Below are positions 11,133-21,300 of a stretch of 64,000 bases of DNA, one piece after another. Numbering within the stretch: the first letter of the stretch is position 1; each line of letters begins with the position of its first letter. A program made the translations under genes and the position numbers. The notes beneath the pieces were generated by a model. It was not told the DNA's origin. It was given only the letters and a program-made list of their open reading frames with translations, and made no database searches. This stretch comes from an uncultured bacterium (GTDB lineage Bacteria; Zhuqueibacterota; QNDG01; DTFT01), in the NCBI GenBank assembly GCA_963736115.1, contig CAVTNR010000027.1, positions 1-64,000 on the forward strand, read 5' to 3'.

Positions 11133-11737
11133 GTGCCCGTCCCCTCGAAATCGATCCGGATCAGGCGGCGCAGGTTCCCGTCCGGGTCCGTCCGTTCCAG
11201 AACGCCCATCCGAAGGTCCGCCAGGGAGCCTCCCACGCACCCGTATTCCACGTTTCCGTACTTCGCGGAGGACAGTTTTGCCACGGCTTCGATGATGCGC
11301 GCGTACGGCACCTCGTTGGGACAGCGGAGCAGGGCGAAATATTTGCGGCTCGGATTGGCGTCGGCCTCCTCCACCACCGCCTGGAGCTTACGGTCCAGCT
11401 GGTCGGCGCTCATCTTGTTCTGTATCTTCAGGAGCGCCACCGTCTCGCGGTTCTGCTCCTCCGGATTCATGTAGGAATACTGGTCAAGCACGCGCTGGAC
11501 CTGCGAGGAGGCCGCCTGGTCGATCCAGAAGACGGACTGGTTGTCGATCCACTGGATGAAAATCTCGGCGGATCCCAGGTCGTATTTAGGCGTGGGGAAA
11601 ACGAAGCGCTTTTCCAGCTTGGCGTTGGTGGCAATGTTACTGGTGACCAGGAAGAAAAGCAGCAGGTTGAAAATCATGTCCATGCATGAGACCAGCTGGA
11701 TATCCTTCCGACCCATGATCCGTCTTTTGAAAGCCAC
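11129..11737 (-). CDS. exbD: Biopolymer transporter ExbD/TolR family (copy 2)
   Basis: IQLVSCMDMIFNLLLFFLVT TM with conserved Asp; LRCPNEVPYARIIEAV. Confidence 0.85.
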   Translation of the reverse strand: MAFKRRIMGRKDIQLVSCMDMIFNLLLFFLVTSNIATNAKLEKRFVFPTPKYDLGSAEIFIQWIDNQSVFWIDQAASSQVQRVLDQYSYMNPEEQNRETVALLKIQNKMSADQLDRKLQAVVEEADANPSRKYFALLRCPNEVPYARIIEAVAKLSSAKYGNVEYGCVGGSLADLRMGVLERTDPDGNLRRLIRIDFEGTGT

Positions 11738-11749
11738 GAACCGTCTCCT

Positions 11750-12352
11750 TTACATCGGATGGCTGAACGTCCGCACCGAGATCGACGGGATCGAGTCGCC
11801 ATGGGCGCTGCATTCCCGCATGATGAAGTTGACGATGCGGAATTCGGTGTCTTTCACCGCCCGGATCTCGACCCGGGGCGGAAACCCCGACGGCCGGTTC
11901 CGCCTGTCCATGTGGTCGCGGATCTGCTCACGGATCAGCCGGCAGGCGCGCGTGCTGGTGAATTCCTCGTCGGAGAGCGCAAGGAAGCTGTCCGGGAAAG
12001 CCGCGACCAGCGAATCGCGGATCGCCGACCGCCGGGTCTGTCCGATCGTGGAATCGCGTTCCGACGGACGGAGGATGTAAACCAGGCGGCTGGAGGCCGG
12101 GTTGTCCGGGTCCCGGTTCTCGATCTGGATGAGCAGGGACCGGAGAATCGGGTCGATGTCGACCACCTTCGGGCTCGCTACGAACGGAAGCTTCAGCTCG
12201 CTCGACGCCGGAGAGCGCTGCTCCTGAGGCTGAACGTTTTCCGTCCGTTCGACGGGAATCGTCACCAGCGAGAAAATCAGCAGCAGGAACACCACGTCGA
12301 TGAGGCTCGGCAGATTGAGCTCTTTCTGTTCCCGTTTCTTCTGAAAGGCCAT
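11750..12352 (-). CDS. exbD: Biopolymer transporter ExbD/TolR family (copy 1)
   Basis: LNLPSLIDVVFLLLIFSLVT TM with conserved Asp; EIRAVKDTEFRIVNFIM. Confidence 0.88.
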   Translation of the reverse strand: MAFQKKREQKELNLPSLIDVVFLLLIFSLVTIPVERTENVQPQEQRSPASSELKLPFVASPKVVDIDPILRSLLIQIENRDPDNPASSRLVYILRPSERDSTIGQTRRSAIRDSLVAAFPDSFLALSDEEFTSTRACRLIREQIRDHMDRRNRPSGFPPRVEIRAVKDTEFRIVNFIMRECSAHGDSIPSISVRTFSHPM

Positions 12353-12379
12353 CGTCGGTTCCCCGGGGCGCCGTTCGGT

Positions 12380-13745
12380 TTACAGGCGCTCAATGACGTA
12401 TACGTAATCCTCTTCCCACTTGGAATATATCCACTCGAGCTTTTTCTGATAGTAGTAATAGATCATCATGAAGGTGATGCCGAAAATCAGGCCTTCGATG
12501 GTCGTCCAGAGCGCCTCGTGAATGCCGCCGGCGAGCTGGTGAATGAGCTGCTTCTGGGTCGCGTTGTCCGGCAGGTTGGCGAGGTCGTCGAACGACTTGG
12601 AAATGCCGGTCACCGTCCCCAGCAGGCCGAGCAGGGGCGCCACAGTACCCAGGTTCCAGAGGAAATCGTACACCGAATCCCGCTTCAGAACTTCCAGTTC
12701 GGAAGCCGCCTGGTTTTCAATGGATGTCTCCACTTCCTTGGCCACATCCATCCAGCGAAAACCGCCGGTCTCGTGATTCTCGAGTCCCGCCTTGAAGACG
12801 CGGACCGTGGGGTATTCATCCAGCTTTTTGTGCGCGATCTCGTCGATCAGCTTGCGCACCTCCACGCTGCCGCGCTCGCTCCAGTATTTCACGCTCGCGC
12901 CGGACAGGTCGTTGGTGGAGGACTCGAGTTGGCCGCGTCTCTTGCCGATGAACTCGCGGATGCCCCAGTTGGCGCTGTCGATGATCTGCTTCCACCGCTC
13001 CAATATGTTCGTGAATTCCGGTGAAATCCGCGCCGCGTAGTCCTTTTTAATGTCCCGCATCAGTCCGCGGTTGCCGCCGCTGCTCATCGGGAAAATTTTC
13101 TGAAACTTGAGCGTGGGCATGCAGCGGAAAAAGATGATGAAAGTCCTGCCAGCCACGCCCACCAGAGCAGCCAGAAGCAAAGCCGACCGATGACGGAGGA
13201 GGAGTCGTAGATCGACGGCCGCCAGAAATACGCCCAGCGTCCGCTGATCGGCAGATATTTTTCAAACCAGTATACGGACTTCTCCCCGCCGGAGCCGGAA
13301 CGCACGATGTCGTCGTTCGACGCATCCCCGCCCCGCCGTCCGGCCGTGTCCCGCGCGATTTCGGACTCCGCGACCGGAACGCCGTCGTGGAGCGCCTCGA
13401 CCGTGAACGCATACGCCTGCCCCACGTCGAGCCCCTTGAACTCATAGCGGCCGCCGGCGACGGGCTTTGACACGATGGATTCCCCCTCCGCGGGCTGACA
13501 GGTTACGCGGTAGGTGTACCGTTCCGGGTCGGCCGGTCTCCAGACTTCGCCCTCGCGGACCTGGGCGCTCCAGGACACGTCATAGTCGACCTTGTCCGGA
13601 ATAAAAATCCACTTTTTATGGACGTCTCTCCGGATGCCGGTGATGGCGACCTGGGCGGCGGGATCCTGTCCGAACAAGGAGACGCCGTAAAACACCAGCC
13701 CCGCCAGGCAGAGGCGCTTCAGGCGCGTGATGGAATCGAACGCAT
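12380..13745 (-). CDS. exbB: MotA/TolQ/ExbB proton-channel protein with N-terminal signal peptide and FN3-like domain; frameshifted
   Basis: C-half LGTVAPLLGLLGTVTGISKSF..LAGGIHEALWTTIEGL; N-half YEFKGLDVGQAYAFTVEA (FN3-like); AGGAGG RBS before ATG 13745; frame breaks near 13725 and 13145. Confidence 0.8.
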
Positions 13746-14089
13746 GGGATTTGAACCTCCTGCTGACTGGGTTCGGCGGGCCGTCCGGAACCGGGTTCCG
13801 GGACACACGGACGCACGCCTGGGGATTTTGTCTCTGATGAAGCCGGCTTCCCGCCGCGACCGGCGGGGGTGCCGTCTGAATGAAGAACTCCGCCGCCCGC
13901 TGCGCGGGACCATGCTATCAAATGCCCTCTGGTTGAAGGCAAACAGCGGGGTACCTCAGGAAACTTGGATGATCGCCGCCGCACCGCTTCGCGGCACCGG
14001 GGAATCCGACTCGTCGGAGCGGCCAGAAGCCCGATCTCCGATCATCCGGAAAAACTGGAACCAGAATGGCCAAGATTCTGTCCGCCCGA

Positions 14090-15170
14090 TCAGAACAGAT
14101 ACTCGACTGAAAACCTGCGATAATCGAGCCGGAGGTCCGTCAAATCATCCTCGACCCGTCCGAACACAAAGCGGAGCGGCATTTTCTGGAAATCGACGTT
14201 CACTCCCGCCACCCGTACCAACGAGAGCAGGCTTCTGGGGATGGTCACGGTGACCCCGGCCTCCCACCCGGCGCCCTGCAGGGTGCGGAGACCGCCTCCA
14301 CGCAGGCCGTAGCGGATGCGGTTGACCGGAAGCCAGGCGCCGGACAGGACCAAATGGCCGCCCGGCATGACCACAGCGTCGGTTCCGAGTGCAATTTCGG
14401 AAATCGTTCCTGAATAATGCTTCAGGCCAGTGGAATACCAGCATTGACGGCCGCGCACCCAGGGGTCCACGGCCAGAAACGTGTTCTGCAGAATTCTGAC
14501 CCGGGGCGTCATTTCAGCGCCCATCCCGATCTGGGAGAGGAGCAAAAGCCGTTCCTGAATCGTGAACGGAACCGCGGTTTCCCAGCTTTGGCGGAAGCCG
14601 ATTCCGATGTCCGCGTAGCTTTTCAGATGGGTTTTCGGGTACAGGGGGTCGGTAAAACGCCGGTAGGAGTCAAAATCCGACCAGTAGTTGTATTCCAACC
14701 GGAGAGAGTGGCCTTTTCCCGGACCTGCCAGGAGCGGCTTGATTCTCGGAGGCGGCATCACGAAACGCCGCGTTCCGGAGATCCGCTGTCGGCCATTTTC
14801 GTCGAAAGCCACAACCCTCCACAGGTAGCTGCCGTGTTTCCGGAACACCTGCCTGGGATTTTGAACCCCAGGCCTGGCCGTATCCCGTCGAGTCTTCCGC
14901 CGTGACCTTCACGTTCCGCCTGAAATTCTTCGCCTTGTCCCAGATCTGCACTTCGAAGAAACCCGGCTGGAAAGTGGAATCGATATCCTGCGCCTTCCAG
15001 CTGAACAGGACCGCCAGACCATCGACCTTTCGGCCGTCGGCCGGCGTGATCAGCAGGAGCCGTGCCGGACGGGTCTCAGCCCGGGCCGGAACTGGACCGG
15101 ACTGCAAAACCGCGAGGCAGGCAAAGGACAAGAGGAAGGCGGTTGATCGCGCGCTTTTCATGTGATTCAT
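14090..15170 (-). CDS. Hypothetical outer-membrane protein (N-terminal FN3/Ig-like domain, C-terminal beta-barrel-like region); one frameshift
   Basis: Signal peptide; LLITPADG..FSWK..YLWRVVAFD; amphipathic strands ending FSVEYLF; removing one base of the homopolymer at 14866-14869 joins ORFs 14670..15293 and 14090..14848. Confidence 0.6.
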
Positions 15171-15186
15171 CCCGGGGTTGGTTCGA

Positions 15187-17249
15187 TCAGCGGCCGGCGC
15201 GGACTTCGGCCGTCCGGCCGGTGAGTCCATGCGCCTCGGAATAAGCGTCCAGCAGGGTTTCCGCCGCGGCCTGAAGTCCCTCGGCATCGTCATTCGAGAG
15301 CATCTGAATCAGGTCGTCGGCCATTCCGCCCGCGGTGCGTCCGTTCGTCAGGAGGGGATAGAACCGGTCCGCTTCCAAAAGAGCGTTGACCCCGTCGCGG
15401 ATCCGGCCCATTCGGATCAGGCAAACGCCGACGAGCAGCTGGGCGTCATCCACGCAGTAGCCATCCTCGAACACCGGATATCTCGGATAATCTTCGTCGA
15501 GACGTCCCTGGCAGTGGGTCAGCATGTCCTCCAGAACCCGCAGGGCCATGGCATTGCGGTTGTTCCGTATCAGGGACTCCGCCAGTCCGAGGGCCGAAAG
15601 ACAGTCCATGCTGTACAGAACAGGATCTCCCCGATCCCGATGCTCTGGATGGCGCTGTCAAACGCCGCGATCGCGGCATCCCAGCGGCCCAGGCCCTTGA
15701 ACGCGGCTCCGGTCAGGTAATGGGTGCGGAGGGATGTTTGATCGACCTCGCGGAGAACCGGCACCGCGGACTCGGGCTGTCCGGTGAGCAGGAGCATCTC
15801 GCCGTAATGGGTGAGCTGAAGATCGGTCAGGGGATTCTCCTGCCGGCTGAACAGGGCCGCGTATTCGCGCGCCGCGTCCGCGCCCTTGCGGCGCGCTTTT
15901 TCAATCTCGTTCCGTTTAAGCAAATCCACGGCGCTTCGGTACATCCACTCGGCCCGGTCAATGCCGACCAACAGGTCGTTGTAGCGGGATGCGTTGCGGC
16001 TGTCCGATTCGGCCAGCACCTTGATGGTTCCGTTCACGTCCGGGTTCGGGTAGTCGGCGACGATGTTCAGCAGAGGGCCGGTGTCGCCGCCCGCGCGCTC
16101 ATACCAACGCCGGAAAAACCCCGCGTCGCGGGGGACGCCGAACTGGAAAGTCATGGACATTCGCGTATCGTTCGGGAGATTGGGGTGCAGTTCATGGGCG
16201 AGATCGATCCGGACCGCGGCCGATTTCGCGAAGGGCACGGTCAAGCCGGTGCCGAGCGACATCCATTCGGCCTGGTTGTTGACGCCGAAACGGGGCGACC
16301 ACAGCAGATGGCGCCTCAGGATCGGGATCCGGCCTTCCGCGCCGAAATAGACGCCGGTACCGGAGCCCTCGGCCTTCTCCCAATCGAGGGCCGTCAGGAT
16401 GTCGACGTCCTCAACGACCGACTGGACCGCCTGCCAGCTCCTGGGAACCCAGTCCTTCAGCACCCAGCGGTAGGCGAGTCCCCAACGTACCGAGCGCGGG
16501 AAAGGATCGTTTTCTCCTGACTGGAGCTTCCAGGCGGGCTGAATGAGGTTCTGCACTGAGACGCCAAACCGGAGCGGCAGGACGTACCGGAGCGAAAACG
16601 ACCGGAACAGGGGCGCGTGAATCGGCTGGAAGGTAGCGCCGACATCCGCGCCCGCGGACCAGTCCCTGCCCTCCGCGCCCGGAGCCATGCCGGCCGCGTC
16701 CGCGAGTCCGGAAAATCCCTGGTTGACGGCCTTGACGGTGACGCCGGTCCTCAGAAGGCCCCACGATCCCGCCTCTTCCCTCGCCCAAGCCGCGGCAAAA
16801 GCGTTTTCTTCAAGCCCGAAACGGCCGACGAATTCGGCGGTTGCCGTGCGCTGTTCGAAATCGACCATACCGAGCCCGACCCAGCCGAAGCCCACCGCGG
16901 TCCGTGGGCCGAACAGAAAACGGAGCAGGGGATTTTTCGGATTGTCCAGCGGCCGGGGCAGAACCATGCCCAGATGCGAGTAGCGGCTGTCGAAGTACAG
17001 GTTGGAATAGAGGGACTGGATCTCGATGCGCGAAGCCCCCACGAGTCCGGCTGGATTCCAGAACACGCCGCTGGCGTCGTCCGCGATTCCCACAAAGGCG
17101 CGGCCCATACCGAGCGCCCGGCCGCCGACGCCGTAGCGAAGGAATGCGCCGGCCCTTCCGGCGTCCCCCTCCGGTCCCGCGAAGGCGAACGCCGCCGTCC
17201 ACAAACTGATCAATGCGATGAAACCGCCGGTGCTTTTGATTTTATCCAT
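15187..17249 (-). CDS. PorV/PorQ (UPF0164, FadL-like) family barrel fused to a C-terminal TPR region; one frameshift near 15635
   Basis: GAFLRYGVGGRALGMGRAFVGIADDASGVFWNPAGL signature; TPR-like HYLTGAAFKGLGRWDAAIAAF and AQLLVGVCLIRMGR. Confidence 0.85.
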
Positions 17250-17266
17250 GGTTTTGACCGTCCCGT

Positions 17267-18355
17267 TTATCTGAGCACTGCGATTTTACAGTACTGTTTC
17301 TCCCGGCCTTCCACCACGCAGAGGTATCCGCCCGTGGAAACCAGGTCCCCCCTGTCGTTCCGGCCATCCCATTGGAAAAACAGGTCCGCCGTATCGGATT
17401 TCCGCAGGACGCGGACCAGGCTTCCGAACGGATCGAAAATGCGAAGCACGGACGCTTCGGGCGCGGGCACCTGGATCACCGCAATTTCCCCGGCCGTCGG
17501 CCGGAAGGGATTCGGAAAGGAGAACATCCGGAACTCCTCAACCGGAATCCAGAACAGGTCGATCGACTGGACATCGGAAGACTGGCCCGCTCTGTCCCGG
17601 ACCCAGACCGACAGGGTCACCCTCTCGTGGGCCGGAGTTTTGAGCGCGTTCATGGTCAGGACCGTGTCAACTTCCGTCCGGGGAGGAACGATGTCGTAGA
17701 CTACCGTTTCATCCACGAAGGCGCTCATCTCGTGGACGAACACTTCCATGACGCTTCCCGTCGGCAGATCGGAGGCGATAATATGGTGATTCAGTGCCGG
17801 CCCGATGATCCACCGGGCCGTCTCGCCGGACTGAAGGCCCGAGAGCTCCCAGAGTGACAGAACGGGTGGATGCGCATCCTGGATGGAAACCTGCGGTCCC
17901 GACCAGTGGCTGAGACCGAATACGGCCGCAGCGTTCCGGGTATAATAGCGAAGACGGTACGAGACCGGGGGGCCTTCGGGCAGTCCGATAAAAACGGCCG
18001 AATCCGTGCCGGCATTGGCGAATCCCCAGAGCACCGCGGTTGTCCCGTCCGCGTCGTACGACGCCTGTATTTCGTAGAAGAGGAGCGTGAGACCTGCGGC
18101 GACGGACTCGGTTTCGATGCTGTCCGCGGGCCAGGTCAGCGTGTTCGATTCTCCAAGCGTGAATTCGGGCTCCCGGAAAAGCCTCGGGGCGGGAAGCGTG
18201 GGCTCCAGGTCCGCGGGCAGGGCGGGCAGAACCGCCGCGATTCCCGGGGGTGTTCTCCACGACGGGTCCCGTTCCGTCCCGTGAAAGAGGGGGCCGGCGG
18301 CCAGAAGGCCCTGAATCAGCATCAGCAGACACGGCAGGATTCGGGTGGTTCTCAT
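17267..18355 (-). CDS. Secreted protein with FN3-like domain and FlgD-Ig-type C-terminal domain
   Basis: Signal peptide; C-terminus FSFPNPFRP..LRIFDPFGSLVR..WDGRNDRGDLVSTGGY..KIAVLR. Confidence 0.85.
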   Translation of the reverse strand: MRTTRILPCLLMLIQGLLAAGPLFHGTERDPSWRTPPGIAAVLPALPADLEPTLPAPRLFREPEFTLGESNTLTWPADSIETESVAAGLTLLFYEIQASYDADGTTAVLWGFANAGTDSAVFIGLPEGPPVSYRLRYYTRNAAAVFGLSHWSGPQVSIQDAHPPVLSLWELSGLQSGETARWIIGPALNHHIIASDLPTGSVMEVFVHEMSAFVDETVVYDIVPPRTEVDTVLTMNALKTPAHERVTLSVWVRDRAGQSSDVQSIDLFWIPVEEFRMFSFPNPFRPTAGEIAVIQVPAPEASVLRIFDPFGSLVRVLRKSDTADLFFQWDGRNDRGDLVSTGGYLCVVEGREKQYCKIAVLR

Positions 18356-18392
18356 TTCCGGAATCTCCAGGTTCGGGTCACGGGAATCGGTT

Positions 18393-21300
18393 TCATCGGA
18401 TCATGACCATCTTGATGCGTTTCGCGTAGGTCCGTCCGGTCGTTTCCGATTCGGCGGAGAGAATCGCGATATAGAGGCCGGACGCGACGGGACGGCCGTT
18501 CCGGTCGCATCCGTTCCAGGCGACGGTCTGACGGCCGGCCTGCCGGGTTCCTTCCACGAGCCGGTCGACCAGCGCGCCCCGGACATCCACCACCATGAGC
18601 CGGACCCGGGACGGATCCCGCAGATCGAAGCGGATGGTGGTCGAGGCGTTGAAGGGGTTCGGAAAATTCTGGCTCAGGCCGAAAGATTCGGGCAGGCCTG
18701 CGTCTGCGCCGGAAGTGGATCTCGGATCGATGCCGGGCGTCGGAGCGAAGAAGGACGGCGCGGACCATCCGCTTTCGGCAATGAATCCGCCTGCGCTGCG
18801 CCGGGCCTTGATGCGGAACCACGTCGTGTCGCACTGGATGGAGCCCCATCCGGTCGGGCAGACAAAGGACGTATCGGACATCCACACGCTCCGGCAGACC
18901 AGGCTGTCGAGACCGGCCGGCGCGTTCATCTCGTACGCGTACCGGAAATGCCGCAGGTCCATGGCGATTTCGACGACGTACTGGACCGCGCCTCCGGCCA
19001 GCGGCTGCCAAGCGCATGCGCGTTTTCCCTTCGGATCGGGCGGCGCCGGCGTGCTGACCCGGAACGCCGGCATCTGCCAGCCCCCTGACATCCGGTTGCC
19101 GGCACTGTCGACCGATACGATGCGGTAATGGGTTCCCGCGTTCGCCGACGTGTCGGCCCACACATAAGGCATATTCGCCTGATGCACGGGCTGGATTCCG
19201 ATCAGTGTTTCCGGCCCCTCTTCCAGGCCGCGGAAAATTTCGAAGGCGGCGACGTTTCCGATGAGGTCGTTCCAGTTCTCCTGCGGATCCACCGGGTATT
19301 GAACGCCGGCGCTGCTCCATTCCAGGCGCCGGATCACGCTGTCCGGTGAGGCGTAGTAGGCGGTGACCGATTTAAAATCCACGGCGCCCACGGCGCGGGG
19401 CGGCACGGGATCGAAGATGACGGTTTGAACCGGATAGAAATCATCTGACCACAGTTCCTCGACGGGGTTCCCCCACGGGTCTGAGGCCGTGACACGGAAA
19501 TACAGTTTTGCGTTTTCGATATTGCTCAGGTCCGGAATCGGCACGCGCCGGTTGCGGTTCAGGGGATCGGCCGGAAACGGGCCCTGCGTCCGGGTCTGGG
19601 CCGGGTCAGCCGGAAATGAGCGCGATACGCTCACCTGGAGCCTGACCAGGACCGCGCCGCGGGTACCCGTGACGGGAACGACGGCTCCCGGTACGCCCGC
19701 CTCGACTGGGACGGGATTCCAGTGCCAGGACACATTGATTGAATCGGAATTGAAATACCGCATGCTCAGGGGATCGACATCCGGAATGTAGGCGGAACCC
19801 CGGTCGCAGATTTCATCCTTCACTTCGGCGGCCACGACGTGATCGAGGCTGTCCAGCGCGAACACGCTGTAGCTGTACAGGCGGCCGTTCACCAGGGTGC
19901 CGGAGAAATCCATGTATGAGGACTGGCGGTTCGACAGCATCAGGTCAAAGGTGTCGCCGGCCGCGGTTCTCACCAGCTGGAACCGGCTGACCCGGAGGCT
20001 GTCCACGAACGAATTCCCCCAGTGCGCGAATATCCGTCCGCGCGGCTGGGCCAGCACGGCCAGATCCACTTTCCGGAACGACACCGTGTAGGGCTGAGAC
20101 CAGGCGCTCCGCCTCCCCTGCGAGTCGTGGTTCGGAATCTCGAGCACCTGGAAAATCGAGTTGCGGCCGAGGGTCACGTTCCGGTACGTGTATGTCGTGT
20201 CGTCGTCCGCGATCGTGTCGGTGACCGCCGTGCCGGTTGTGCTGTCGGAGAAGACGCGGATCACGGTCGTGAAATCAGACGGGAACAGGTTGGGATGCGG
20301 CCGGGTCCAGGTGAGTTCAATGACAAGCCGGCCGTTCTCGGTCTTGACTTCGTGCGACGTGATGCGCGGGGGCCGGTTGCAGAACGCGGAAACGGTGTCG
20401 GACGGGGGCGTCATTTCATTGAAGAGATTCAATTTTCGCACGGTATACCGGTAAACCCTGTAGGTTTCGAGCGTGTCTCCTGGCTCGTCCTCCATCTCGT
20501 CCTGTCCGTAAAAATCCGTCCACTTCAACGTATCCGCAGAGGAGGTCAGCAGGCCGACGGTTCTGGCGTTCCGTCCGTCCGTCCAGCGGAGGATTTCGTA
20601 TCGGAGCACGTCCTCCGAAGGCCTGAGCCACCGTAAATGGATGTGCCCGCCCCAGTAAGCGGTGTCGCTCCAGGCTGTCAGGCCCTCCACGGGCAGGCGG
20701 GAAGCGCGGATGACGACCTTGACGCCGGACCAGACGCTCGAACGGCCGGCGGGGTACAGCGCGCGGATCTTGATCCGGGACGTTTCCTGACTCAACTGAA
20801 GAAGGAGTGTGTCGACGCCGGTGTTTCGGTGCGGCGTTTCCACGCCGTTGATCGAAATGCGGTAGGACAGAACAGGACCGACGTCGAAAGACGCGAGCCG
20901 TAACGCCACGGAAGAACCCCGGACGAACAGGGTGTCGGGGCCGCGAAGGAGCCGGTCTGGCGGAAGCGTATCCACGAAGGAGAGCGTCGGTCCGCCGAGC
21001 GCCCGTTCACCGGTTTCGAAAACAGACTGTTCCCAGGTCCGGACATTGCCGACGAAATCCTCCGAGGCGATCCGGTAGCGAATCATCGCATTGCGGACGT
21101 CGACTTCCGGCCGGTCCGTCAGACGGTCCGTGTATGCGGTCCGGCGGTACGGGCCGGTTCCGGGGATTTCGCTGAACACGGTGTCAGTACCGATGATTTT
21201 CCGGTACAGCCGGTATCCCCTGAGCCCGCTGCCCCCATCCGTCGCCGGATCCCAGGTCAGCTTCATGTGCCACCTGGAATACCCGGTCGAGGGCGAAACC

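Noticed and set aside
13746-14089. Possible riboswitch (c-di-GMP or cobalamin) or sigma54 site upstream of exbB
   Set aside because: Only isolated GC hairpins and a weak GG-N10-GC match; no aptamer consensus on the coding strand
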